Under the pieces are notes generated by a model. It saw nothing but the letters and a program-made list of their open reading frames with translations, was not told the DNA's origin and did not search any database. A DNA stretch of 64,000 bases from Owenia fusiformis (lineage: Eukaryota). The DNA lies in contig CAIIXF020000001.1 of the NCBI GenBank assembly GCA_903813345.2, positions 23,622,001-23,686,000 on the forward strand, read 5' to 3'. The position numbers and the translations under genes are program-made. Positions 14,144 to 27,500 of this stretch are shown here, one piece after another (the first letter of the stretch is position 1; each line of letters begins with the position of its first letter).

Positions 14144-14265
14144 CTGGGGTCCGTTTTTGAAACCATCGTAACTTACGATTTGGTCGCAAGTCATTGTTCA
14201 TCAAAACAGAGACAAATGGTTTTCTCGGAATCGTAAGTTACGATCGTATGAAAAACGAACCCCAG
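14144..14265. mobile_element. Palindromic MITE of about 120 bp
   Basis: ctggggtccgtttttgaaaccatcgtaacttacgatt versus aatcgtaagttacgatcgtatgaaaaacgaaccccag. Confidence 0.75.
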
Positions 14266-14485
14266 ATTACTAATATACCAGGCCTTAATGTGACAAAATG
14301 TCACCACATGGTAAATTATTGTAATGGCACTACATCAAACATGTTATTTCGACAATTCTTCATGAGCATTTTATAATTTATATATCACATTAGCCAAATC
14401 TAAAAACATCACTCATTTGAATGTATTATTAAGCAGACACGCCACCTTTTTAAGTGCAAGTATATATTTTACACAATGACATGTA

Positions 14486-14797
14486 CAGGGTGTCCCAAAA
14501 AGTGTACCCAAATGAAATATAAATAATTTTTTCCTTCATTGAAAAAAGATGAACTGTTCACATGATACAGAAATATCATTTCCAATAGAAGTTTGAAATT
14601 TTTTTAGAAATTTGTAAATTATTTAATGGGAAATTTGAGTTTTCTCTAACTTAATATAATAAATATCTGGTAAAATGTTCAGGAGTTAATGATCATTAAA
14701 TTTATTGTCAGGTGACCAAATTCTGAGAATATTCCTTCCACACTCAAATAGTATTTCCATATTTTTCTCTCAGTACAATTTTCTTTGGGGCACCCTG
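14486..14797. mobile_element. Tc1/mariner-type MITE
   Basis: TA|CAGGGTGTCCCAAAAAG ... TTCTTTGGGGCACCCTG|TA. Confidence 0.8.
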
Positions 14798-15599
14798 TAT
14801 ATGAGGTATAAACTATTTGTGACACCTTTGCATTTTAAATTGCAATCAAGCAAACGCCGCATAATTTTGTCCATGTATAAAACTTGTATGTATATATTCA
14901 CTCTGATGATAAAAACCATGGTATGCAGAAAGTCAATACAGTTTTCATTATATAATACACTATGTTTTCTCCAACATAGAAATGGAAACGGATGTATTAT
15001 ATCATGATACGTTTAATATATTATTTGATGAAGCTTTAATTACTGGTTCTCAGCCAGGGATTGAATTAATGCATACATTACAATTTACAATAGTATATGC
15101 TACTGTTTGATTTTAAGATCCAAGCTAATATACTTTATACAATGCCAAGTAAGGAAAGCTATACCCAATACACAGAATTATTGGGTTGAATGCTCCTTTA
15201 AGGCAGCAGTAAAATACAATAAAAATATATTACTATGAGATACAATAAAAGCACAGTATACAATAATACAATATTGCTAGATTTCATACTTTATTTACAC
15301 TCATTATATCAGTTTAGTATTTTTGCGTATTCTCGTACTGCATGTTGTTCATCTTGTTGCTATGGATACCATTTACTCTGCATGACTTTGATTCTAGTTG
15401 CATAGTATTTCAGTCAATCCTCACAAGGGATTCCATGGTGTATGATTAATCTCATATGTATGCATAAAAGCATAAATAACTTGATTGATTACATTTGGAA
15501 CATTTCTTTGTTATGTACAATAGTCACATCCTGCATTGTGGGGACTTTGATCACAGACTTATAGTGACACAAGCATGTCGAATATTTTACAGTTCTTCA

Positions 15600-18500
15600 T
15601 TATGCTGTATCCTCGTAAATATCTGAAACCAGGAACAGAAACAATTCAAGTATATGAATTTCAAACACAAGTATATTGAAAGTTCAAATATTTTGAATAT
15701 GCAAAGTGTTATGTTAAGTTTATACTTTCTAGTGAATATACTTTGAACAAGAGAATAGTTTTTCAATTTCGCAGAAAAAATGGATTTTCGAAAAACCATG
15801 GTATGAGACCCCCAAGGTATCCCAATGATTATCCGGAACAGACGATGACCTACCTTCACCTGTGGTTTGGTCCAAAGAACCGTCAGTAAGGTTCAGCGAT
15901 TGGTTACTTTTATTGTTTGCGTCCCTGGAAACAAAGATTGACAAAGCATGAATTTCTGTTGTGGTCTATATGGAAATAAATAAACATTTGCACAAAAATG
16001 GATTGAAACAAGGAATTTCAAGAAAATAAAAATAAAATTTTGAAAAGAAAAACCACTAAAGCTAAATAATTATAAAAAATATATGAAAGAAAATCAAGAA
16101 AAACATAATGTTAGTCAAAAGGCATAACATACATATACAATGTAGATATATTTCGTAAATTATTTTATTGAATTATTTGAATTATCAGTATTTTTTAAAT
16201 CATTGCACCTATTTGCTCATACAAGTATATATTAACATTTCAAAGAAGATTTTTAACGATTCCATTTTTGCATGATTCCAACAGGATTCATCTATGTTAT
16301 ACTTAGGTAACATTGGCCAGCAAATTTGGGCACTAGTCAATAAGTTATATTATGCATTTTAAAAGAATATAACGTAGCTGAAGAGACTTCATGCATGTAA
16401 CAAGATATTACAAAAATTATGTGTACTCAAAATTACAAAGAAGCATATGCATTACAGGGTATTGGAGGTGCATGGGTAATAGACAAAGGGAGGTATATGA
16501 TGTTAATCTTGATGAAATTCATTATTACTCAAAATTAGGATTGAGGAAAAGCTTTAAAAGCTGGGCAATTCTATTTGAAGATCTTTGTTACAATTAATGG
16601 AATAACTGAAGCATAAATTGCAAAAGTCAGGACATATTTTAAACAACAAGTTCAAAATAAAATTGAACTGCACACCAAAAGTCACATTAGGAGGATCAAA
16701 TCTTATTCATGACATTTCAAGTGAATAACTAAACTATCTAATATTTTTGTTTTGTATTTTTAATCGGTTTTTATTTTCATTTTGAACAAATGATAGGTGG
16801 TTCCTCTTAATGTTACTACAACATCTAGATCTTCAGAAAATCATACAAATGACTAACCAAAAATTAAACAGTCATAATGCAAAACCTCTGATGGAAGCTT
16901 TCTCTGGGGAATGAATCAGTCATATACATGTATTCTGAATGTTCATTCCTAATATGTTCAATCAAAAGATCTGTCAATGTTCATTTTGTTGCAACTAAAG
17001 TTCTATTGAGTTTAACTTAAGAAAACCTCTACAGAAGCTCTATTCGAAAATGATGTATGATTTATTTGAGGATCAGGTGAAACTAGTCCAAACTGACTTA
17101 CTCTTTATTTGGTACAACTGATAGGAGGTGATTAGCTTTTTTTCTCATTGAGCCATAAGCAGTTTCCATTGCCTGTAAGCAGATACACAATAGACTTCAC
17201 ATGACATGACAGTGACATGACACAATAGACAGTAACATGACATGACACCACACCATACATGACATGACACAGCATGGGATGATGGTTAAAGTGATAAGAA
17301 CTAAGAACTGTGTTTGGTTTCAATCAAATAATAGGCTGAAGTCAAAAACGCGAAAGAGTAAAGGAAATTCATTTTTGACTTATCAACCCATTATGTGACA
17401 AAGACACAACATATGCCATGTCATGTTTGAATAGATTATCAAACCTGTTCAAGAAGATAGCTGATGTCATGTTTGAATGGCAGATGGTGAGTGTGAATAT
17501 GTAATGTATGAATCTATTCAAGAAGATGGCTGATAGTGGGCACTTGCAGATAAGGTAAAAAATAGATGCATGCAGAAAGTGACTTCAATCATCCATAGGT
17601 AGGGGGTGGGGATGTATAATCTAAATAGCAAAATTCCAATTTTTCTCCAGTATATTAACAACTACATGTATATAGAATGAATGAAAACTGAATGTCAACA
17701 GTGCATGTGATAAAGATCATGTTGCAGAATGAAATCATTTTCTCAATGTTAACAGGAAGTTCAAAAAGGAAATTAATCTGTTTTGAAACCTTTTCTATTT
17801 TCATTTTGTGAAAAATAAAAAATATTTGATTTAGATGAATAAAAGTTTCTATATTACACACTATGTGTAAGGATATGAGAACTCAATTTGAAATTGACTT
17901 CAACAAAGTTCATGAGCTTTTAAAAGTTCAATAGCTGACTGAACATGAACTATGAATGACATTCAAGTTGAATGATATTCAATGTTCAATCCAGATTGGA
18001 CATTTGTGCAGAGTTTATTAGATGCAGAGATTAGAAATATATATGATTTTACACAATCAGAAGATACGTGAAGCAAAAGCTATCTTTACTCGGCTAAACA
18101 TCTGCTTTGGACTTTTTATCCCCCTCCCCTTATTTTCAACACCCCAATTTCATCACCAAGACCAACATATATAGCAGCAATCTCCCCAGAATTGAAACAA
18201 GCAGATGATGCACCCACTTAAAATAGATATTAAAATTAAGGCCTGTGATCATAAAATTGATATTATTTGACTAATTTTGGGAAAGCAAATAAAAATCATA
18301 AAGGAAAATGCTCCCACCATCGAGTTAGTCATGACCAGTGTAAGGTGATACAGAAAATGCACATGTGTATTGTACTCTACGAGAGAAGTGACTAAAAGGC
18401 TGTGAAACAGAGCAGGGCAGTAATGACATGGGTGAAGCAAACACTTACACTTTCCTGTCAACATTCAAAGACACAGCTGAGGTCTTCTAAATATACATTA

Positions 18501-21500
18501 AGTTAACATAATGGTGATTTCTAACAATTATAATATTGAACACTCAAAGCATTTTATGAACAACATCATCTGAAACTTTCATCAACTTATTAACTTTCTG
18601 ATGAAAAATAAAAATGCAACAAAACTTTACTCTTGAATTCTCTGATAAGATTTTCATTTTACATTTTTTATTTTCCTCAAATCAAAGTGCAATGTCATTT
18701 TTATTCAACTATTTGCAAGTTCCGATATAGTGCCATGGATTAAAACATACTTTCTAAAATAGTCATTAAAATACATTTTCAAGTTAACAATACCATACAA
18801 TAAAAGGAAATTGCACAAACAGTGTATATACTTTTCATGGTGTTCATTATTCCTAACATTATATCCTAATCATCATTGTCCTATAGATACAAAACTACAA
18901 CATAGTTTAGAAATGTACAAAGTTGTTGATTTTCTTTCTCAGAGATATTTTATTTTTTTATTTTTTATTTATTTTTTTTTTAAAGTTGTTGATTTTCTTT
19001 CTCAGAGATATTTTTTTTTTTTTTTTTTTAGTTTAGTTTAGAAATGTAATAAAATACTCACACTTTTGATTGTATTTGTGTCAACATCTATGTTACTAGA
19101 GACAACATATCCATCTGGAAATCATAAAATTCACAATGCACAAAAGTAGAAAATGATACAAATTGTTTTATGAGGTAATTTAACTAGATACAATTCAAAC
19201 ATGCCATATTGTTCTAATTTTAAGTCTACTTTCAACTAATACAAGGCATCAACATGCTAAATGTCACCACTGCCCATTTGTTACAGACACCAAATGCCGG
19301 ATGCCAACTACCGTCACAAAAAAGGTAGAGACTAACAATATATCACCACATATGGTGGTGATGTGGTGACATTAAAATGCAAATATAAACCAAATTGAGC
19401 AATACATTTTGACAATAGCAAGAGAAAGCTTAAATTATTGTCAGATTCATGTATGCAACAAAATTCTCTAAACCCCATATTAGACTTAATACTCACATTT
19501 AGCATCTTGTGTTTTAGCTAGCCATTTCCCAGGTGGATTATGGTCCATACGTATAATCCAGACAACATCTCCAGTTTTAAGATCCAAATCTAACTTGCTA
19601 CCTTTAGTGCCAAATACAACTGTTCCCGTATGTATGACTATCTCCTCCCCTTCAAACTGGAAAAAAGGGATAATACAGGACAATGTTTTAATGGGGTGCA
19701 CAATCATAGGGTATAGAATTATGGGGTGTACATTTATTGGGTGTACAATCAAGGGGTAAACAATCATCGGGTACACAAACATGATGTGTACAATCAAGGG
19801 GTAAAGAAATATGGGGTAAGTAAACAATCATGGAGTGTTCAATCATGGGGTCTACATTTATTGGGTGTACAATCAAGGGGTATACAATCATAAGACAAAC
19901 AACACAGTACACAACTGAGAGACACACAATCATGGGGTAAAATCAATTCTCTCCGTCATAATATATTACACTTAACCCCCATTAATATGTATTGGATAAT
20001 TATTCATCATTTAATTACAAATGTCAGTGAGTAAAAAATCATACCTTGAATTTAGTTTTCAATTCCTTTTCTTTCCTCTCTTTTTCCTTCTTCTCTTTTC
20101 TCTCTTTGGCAAGTCTCTCCTAAAATCAGAAATGAACTGAATTAGAATTTTTAGGCTACAGTATAAAATCTATCTAAGGCCACTGTAGGTTAATTTTCAG
20201 TTTAGTAAGGCCAGATGACAAAACTTTTTAAATGAAATTGCAGAAAGACATGTTAAAGGCATGTCAATCTCTCTTCAACAGATAAGAATAAACATTTATA
20301 AGCGTACATCTTTTTTGTAAGCTCCTGGTAATGCCCCTTACAGAAATGCTGAAGAAGCTACTTAATCTATTAATTGGCTAGTGCTTGTTTCACTTTCACT
20401 TTATTTTCATAAGGGCATTGAAAATCCTCATACATTCAATCCAATACTTCTGTGCTGTGCTAAGATTCTATTCAAAGTAATATTCATGTGCTACCTTTTC
20501 TTCCTTTTCTATTCGTTTCTTTTCCTCTTTTTCCTTCTTTTCACGTTCCTTTCTTTCTCGTTCTTCCTTCTCTTTTAGCTCTCTTTCTTTTTTCTCCTTT
20601 TCCTCTTTTAGTTTACGCTGTTGTTCCTCTTTCTCTTGCTTGCGTAGTTCTTCCTTCTTTTTAACTTCTTCAGTGTCACTGTGAATAAACATAGACTAGA
20701 TATATGGTATATTGCAGGAAAACATCTATTCTAACTCAGGGAACAAAGGGACCTTATGAAAATAGTATACAAATATTTCATTACCGTATATTCAGGGGAA
20801 TACTTGTGCATCTTTCACAAGTACTATTCTTTGTTACCTAACCAATTACAGAAGATATATGACAGTGAAAAAACAAATGGCTAATCTCTTCACTCAGAGT
20901 TGATAAACAATTCCCATTCAGGATTTAACTCTATTCACACAATTCATTGATACCAGTGAACATGCATCTTAATTTTACAATTAATAAAACAATTAATAAA
21001 ATACATAATTGAATTCTCATACATTAAAAAACTGAATTCAAAAAGTAAATTCACAACCATATCCTTTAACCAAGTATGCATTTGCTATATTTATCCCACT
21101 TTTTAAGTGCTATTATTGTAGTAAACTGGATGTCATCCTACTCATAACAACTCATTAGATATGCATTTTATTGCAAGCCTTTATTCACCTAATAATGCCC
21201 CTGGGATAAAAGAAGATAATGTATTGAAGTAGTTGTCCCGGTAAGGAGAAAAAATACACTATGAATAGAAATTTGTTTAGGGCTATGAGGTAATTTGAAG
21301 TAGATGTTTCGTTTTATGTTCTGGCAAAATCCAAATCGTGCAAGAGTACAAGGAAATTAAACATAAACTCATCAAAATACAAAGAGGAAATATGTACAAT
21401 TTATAAAGGATACACAATACCAATTTGCAGACACTACTGTTATTGTGATATATTCTCAAAAACATTCAGGCAAGATGATGTGAAACACAGAATCTACTTC

Positions 21501-24500
21501 TTAAAGCCTAATTAAAGAAAATGCCATATTGAACAAAAGATGTACTATGAATGGTAACTGGTCAACTCGTACCCAAGACAACTCGTACCCAAGACAACTC
21601 GTACCCAAGACAACTCGTACCCAATTGTTTATTTTGTTTTGAATCAAGCGTTGGACTGGAAATGTGAATAGATATACATATTATAATTGTAACATACTGT
21701 TCAGAATAATTTAAAGTTTGAAGAAGAATTTTCGGAAGAAATTGATTTAATTTTGTGACATTTTGAGCTTTGAGTGTCAATTTATTTTGACTATTATTTT
21801 ATATTGGTCACAGATTCAGGATGTTCAAGCGAAGAGACATATGTTTAATCCACATATTCATAATCATTTTGCAAAATATTGTATGTTTATGAGTGTTTGG
21901 AACAAGTATTAGATTTAATGTTGTAATTATATTTATTTATATATATAAAGGTGATCCAAGTTAAATCAAAATGCTTTCCCGATCCATTGAGAAAAATGTC
22001 TTCTAAATTCAAAAAAATATTGAGGCTTAGTTGATTCACATTATAATATGAAAACATTATTATACAAACTCAATTTTTCCCCTTATAAGCACCCATAATA
22101 CTGAAAATAATCTTGGGTATGAGTTGTCTGGGGTACGAGTTGTCTTGGGTACGAGTTGTCTTGGGTACGAGTTGTCTTGGGTACGAGTTGACTAGGAAGC
22201 CTATGAATTATGACTAGTTTCACCTGATCCTGTAGGCATCCATGAGTTGTCTTAAGCCAAGATGTTTTGACCTTTGGAAAGTACTTTAACCTCTTGAATC
22301 CCAGGTTCTAAAATAGGTTGAAACCAGATAATTTTTCATTTTTGCCAGCTTTTGACATTTTAGTACATACATATACAACAGACGATGTTCAATTTAGTAA
22401 AATTAGACGGCAGAGATCATTTCTAGACATTTTAAAACAAGTTTTGTGTAAATTGTCTAAAAATTGTTCAAATAAGAGCAATTTTAGTGAAAAAAATTGT
22501 GACGGATTATCTCGTCACTCTGGGTTTCAAGCTCATTTCTGAGGTGACGAGAAAGCCAAGAGGTTAAATTGTCAGTTGCTGATTTAAAACAGCCTCTTTT
22601 CCCTGTGCGTTTTCCCAAGAAATTCACTATCATTTTATCCTGATAATTGAGCAACATATTCTCGTATAGAACCAAATTAAGCAAAAGGAAACAGGATAAT
22701 CAATTGTATGAAAGCGAAAGCCAGTAAATGTAGCAACTTCCTTGTGAATTGTGTAAATCATACTTAACTGTTATCACACGCAACATGTAATTAAATATGA
22801 TTTATGTCTTATAAATTTTTCCTTCAAAGATCATGATTTATCTTAGAACCTCATTCTGTTTTCTTAATATAATTGTAATACTGTTGCAATTTAGTTTCCA
22901 TGTGTTCTGTTTAAGCCTGCATTACTGCATATTATGCTTTGATAAAGGAAAAATCATAGAAACTTAGCATTTAATCGTTAAAGAAGAATTGTAAACTGTT
23001 TTCTGTCTGTGATAATACAAATATAAGAAATAGGCAAGCTAGAAGATTAAAATTTCTGCCAGGAATATAAAGCATTTTACGATAACTACGATATTAGTGT
23101 TGTGAGTGTTGTGACCCGACCCGAAGTTGGTAAGTAGTGGTTTGTGACCCTTCCGACCCGAGATTTGGGTTGACTCCAGGTCAGTGTGACACCTCTAGGT
23201 ATTAATAAGTCCTTTTTTAAAGTCTTAAACGACATCTTAATCCAAGAGTCAAAAAATCATTATATACAGTACCAGTATTCAAAGGCACACAGTAAATAGT
23301 GTACCCATAAATTAGAAATGGCTCCCTAAAATATACCTAGCACACCAAAAAACTTAACAAAACCATATTCTTATACCAAGAAACATGACTGAAAATGTTT
23401 AATTGATCCATTATGTGATTTGTCTGAAAATGGGCAAACAGGAAAAGTTAAATGCCAATTCCAAGCAAACTTTCGCCAATATCAAACCTTATATCGGTAA
23501 GGCGAGAACTAATTCAATATATGTGTCACTTGTAACTTACATCTCGGGTTCATCAAAAGCTTCATAGATCTCATCATCTACAGCATCAGCAGATGTTACA
23601 GCCAGCGAATCATCATATTCCTCAAACTGTTCTTCTTCACTCTCTGATTCTATATACAAATAAACCTTTTAAAAACATGTTTGTATGGAGTAGACTGTAT
23701 ATACTTATTTGAGACATTTTTATTTAAGGGGTAGGCTGGTAGGCGGTCAATTAATGAAACCTTTAGAGACATCTTTACTTTTATGAATATGGGGGCATCA
23801 ACATAAATGTATTGTATATAATGTCAGTAAACTTTGTGTGGCATCTACAATCAAGGGAGCGGGGTCTATTATAAGGGGTCCTTGTATAAACCTTTTTGAG
23901 ACATTTTTATTTATGGGTTAGGATTAAGAGATTTAGATGAAGTATCAGCTTGGTGCTAAAATGTAGAAAAATCTTCTCACCATTCGGGGGAATTATGAAA
24001 TCCTTTTCGGGACTATGTTTTGCAGATTCAACTTCCTCGTATATCTCATCTTCTTCATCTTCCCCCATTGGAGATCTACAAACAAAAGGGGAGGGGGATT
24101 ATGTATGTAAGGTGAGTGTTAATAGGTTCTACGTTCATCATGATTTTGTTTATGTTCAATGGTGAGGAGTTTGGCTTTTACATTCAATATACCATGTATA
24201 CTTTACCTTCAAAATTTGGCTGAATTTGGGGTAAATATTTCTGTTAAATTGAACGAAACATGATAAAATGAAGTTTATTTTCAATTGTTTCATATCTAAA
24301 TGTCCTCAAAAAAGTCTTTTTACCATATTTGGTTCTATCCATTATTTACAACAATGAATGTTTTTGGAGAATAAGGGTGCTGTGCAAATCTGGGATTTAG
24401 TTTTATGCCTAGATCCAGAATCAATATTATGATGTCATTCAAGGTTAAGCTGAACTCATGTCAATATACACCATATATCGGGTGTCCCAAAAAAACATCC

Positions 24501-27500
24501 CGATTTTTGAGTTCTTATAACTCTGCAAGATATACAACACCCTTAATTTGATCTGTTCAGTAACTGTCATATGAGGCTGTGTGGGCTTACTGTTCGCCAC
24601 CATCTGAATAATTTTGGGCATTTTTGATTAAGAAATTAATTTTTGTATTTGGTGTAAGGGGGTATCTTGTTGAAAAACAAGTTTTGCCCACTGTGTGTCC
24701 ATGCCATTTAATGCCATCTGTCCCAAAGTATTTACAAGGTCACGAACGGCAAACCCACGCAGCCTATACACTGCACGCAGAGTCTCGTTATCAACTACCC
24801 TCTGCCTAGTATAGACTATATTACAGTTTAGCAGCCCCGCCCCCACGACCGATGCCCGTCATAAATAATTTCACACCTCCCGCGCTGACCTTTTCTCAAC
24901 CAATCAGCGAGCTGAAAGGAACAAGTGCTTAATGCGTGCACAATAATTATGTGATTATGTCAGACAAAATAACCATATATAGAAAGTCATCCGTTTTCGA
25001 CGAAAAACTCTGATTCGCTCAGTGAGTTCAGAGATTCATTGCAAACTGAAAGAGTGAAGATGAGGCTCTCATTTTAGAAGCGAAGTCGAACGAATGCAAA
25101 AGATATGCAGCCTATGCCAGCTCCAAAAAAACCGATGAATCCCACTTATAGACAACAATCTCAATGTTTAATTCATTATTCCTAGTTAATGTTGCAAGGA
25201 CAATATTTATTATATTGAAGAGTTGGAGTGAAACGTTAAATTGTTTTATTACTGCACCATAGCTTTTAGAACATGAGTTAATGCAACCCACCAAACCTAC
25301 TGAATTCTTAGCCTCTTTACTGAACCAATTTATTCCATAAATTCATACATGTACAGTAAACGTGTTATAGGGAAATCCCTCTGTAAAGATCTACAAGGAA
25401 CACTTTCAACCAGATGAGATTTCTTTATGTACAGGTTTTTACAAATCACAATTTTTAATTCACCAGACCAAATCATAATATGATTGATTACATTTAAAAT
25501 AAATACATCAAACACACAGCTATAGGGGTTATATGTTAAATCAGGAAAATCCTAGGTGACTTATATGATATTCACTTATATTTTATAAGAATATATATTT
25601 AATATATGAGGGCAAGTTAGGGTAAGGAATACATCACAGGGAGTACATATATAGATATATAGACATATTAGATAAAAGGAATTTTATTCAGGGGACTTAT
25701 CTGATTTTAAACTTGTTATTACATTAACACTATATCTTTTAACTAAATCCTCACCTCTGTTTCGTTTGTTCATCTAATTGCCTGACACTGAGAAGAAATC
25801 ATTTCAACATTTAAAATTTGATCATTTTTAAATGAAAATTAAGTAAAATGTCAGGTCAAAAAAGGTCAATGTCAGTAAAATGCCAGGTCAACAGGTCAGG
25901 TGAAGTAAAATCTCTTCTATTCTTGAGGTGTATATTTAAATTAATTACCAATTTATTGCAAAACAGTGTCCAATTATTGTCCACTTAACCGGTACTAAAT
26001 TCAACATGCGAATAATAAACTTCCCTGTTCAGAAATTGTTGCTTAATAATGACAATCTTCATTACGTCTGTCAAACATATAAAATTTACTTGTTATTAAG
26101 TCTCTCAGTAATTTCCTCCTCATTTAACAATTCTAAATATTCAGTACAAGTGAATACTTACATTAAGCTGACTCTTTGCTTTGCTACTTTACTGGCAGGT
26201 GGTGAATCGACTTCATTGTAAACCTCTCCATCACTATCAGCTATGTCATCAGGAGCCATTGATGATGCTGGGACTGGGGGTAGGGGAGCATCGCTGTGGG
26301 GAGGGGGTACAGGAAGTGGCTTGTTGATTGGGGGAGGGGGTAATGGAGTCCTGGCATTACGTGGTGGAAGAGCTGGACTGGATTCATTGGGACTAGGAAT
26401 TGGGGGTAGTGGCGATACAGCTTTTTTATTTTCTTTTGATAAATCATTCTCTACAAAACATAAAAACATTAATTAAAATGATTGACTGATACTGATAGTC
26501 ATTACAGGGGTTTCATTAGCAGCAGGCAACAGGTGATTTTCACCAGTTGTTTTCACAAAATCGCCTGTTGTTTTCAGGGACTCGTGTTAAAGGAGTGGTA
26601 TAGATATGGAGAACTTTTTGAACACACGTTTCTCTTAAACCAGACATGAAAAAAATCTAAAAATTTAACACATCTTCAATTTAATGGTCATCTTTTGAAT
26701 GGTAACAATATAATTTGAAATATATATATATATACTTTCATCTATATTGTTTTAAAAAACACATCAAACACTTGTTTTGTTCTTGGTATCATGTTTCCAG
26801 AGTGAAATGAAACATCTTTCCGAACCTCATTGGTACAGAACGACATGTTTAGGTCTCTCAATATTGTAATTGTACAAAGGAACTTTTGGTTGATTTTAAA
26901 AAAGTATCTTGTTAATGAAATAAAAGGTTTATCTTGATTTTTATCTATTTTGGGGAGATTTTGTTTTAATGTTTTGAATACTTTTTTAAAATCAACCAAA
27001 AATTCCTTTGTATTACTATAATATTGAGAGTCTAAAAACATGTTGTATATGCTATTTTGTTCCAACAAGGTTCGGAAAGACAAGGTTCGGGGAGTGTTCC
27101 CCTTTTATAATTATTGTCAGATAACAGTAGAATTAAAAGGATAAAAATAGTCAGAACACATGGACTATTTAGAAAATAGGTAAAAAATGTGATGAGAGCA
27201 AAACAATTTGTAAAATTGTGACAATCTGAAACTTATTCTCAACTGATTCTACTTCCTTTATGAACGTGCTGACAAAAGATAAGAGTCTGACAGTGTACAG
27301 ATATTTCACAATGCGTGGATTGTTTTTGTATGAAGTAGTTGGGTTGAGATGACTTTGATGAAACAACATAGAACATGCTAAAAAACTGAATATCTGCTGG
27401 ATACAACGCAGTAAATGTTTGCCTGATCTGAATACACAACCTTGCCATGTAGGCATCATTTAAACAGATACATGTTTTTAAAGCATTTTAAAGGAATCAA

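Noticed and set aside
19657..19933. ORFs with IVYPL/IVHPI repeats
   Set aside because: They are translations of a 15-bp minisatellite upstream of the true acceptor at 19657-19658.
21563..21625. CRISPR or telomere-like array
   Set aside because: The units are contiguous with no spacers and are mirrored at 22113-22190 inside a TSD-bounded element.
22318..22542. Similar short ORFs at 22318 and 40312 suggesting a gene family
   Set aside because: Both lie inside copies of the same TTAA MITE.
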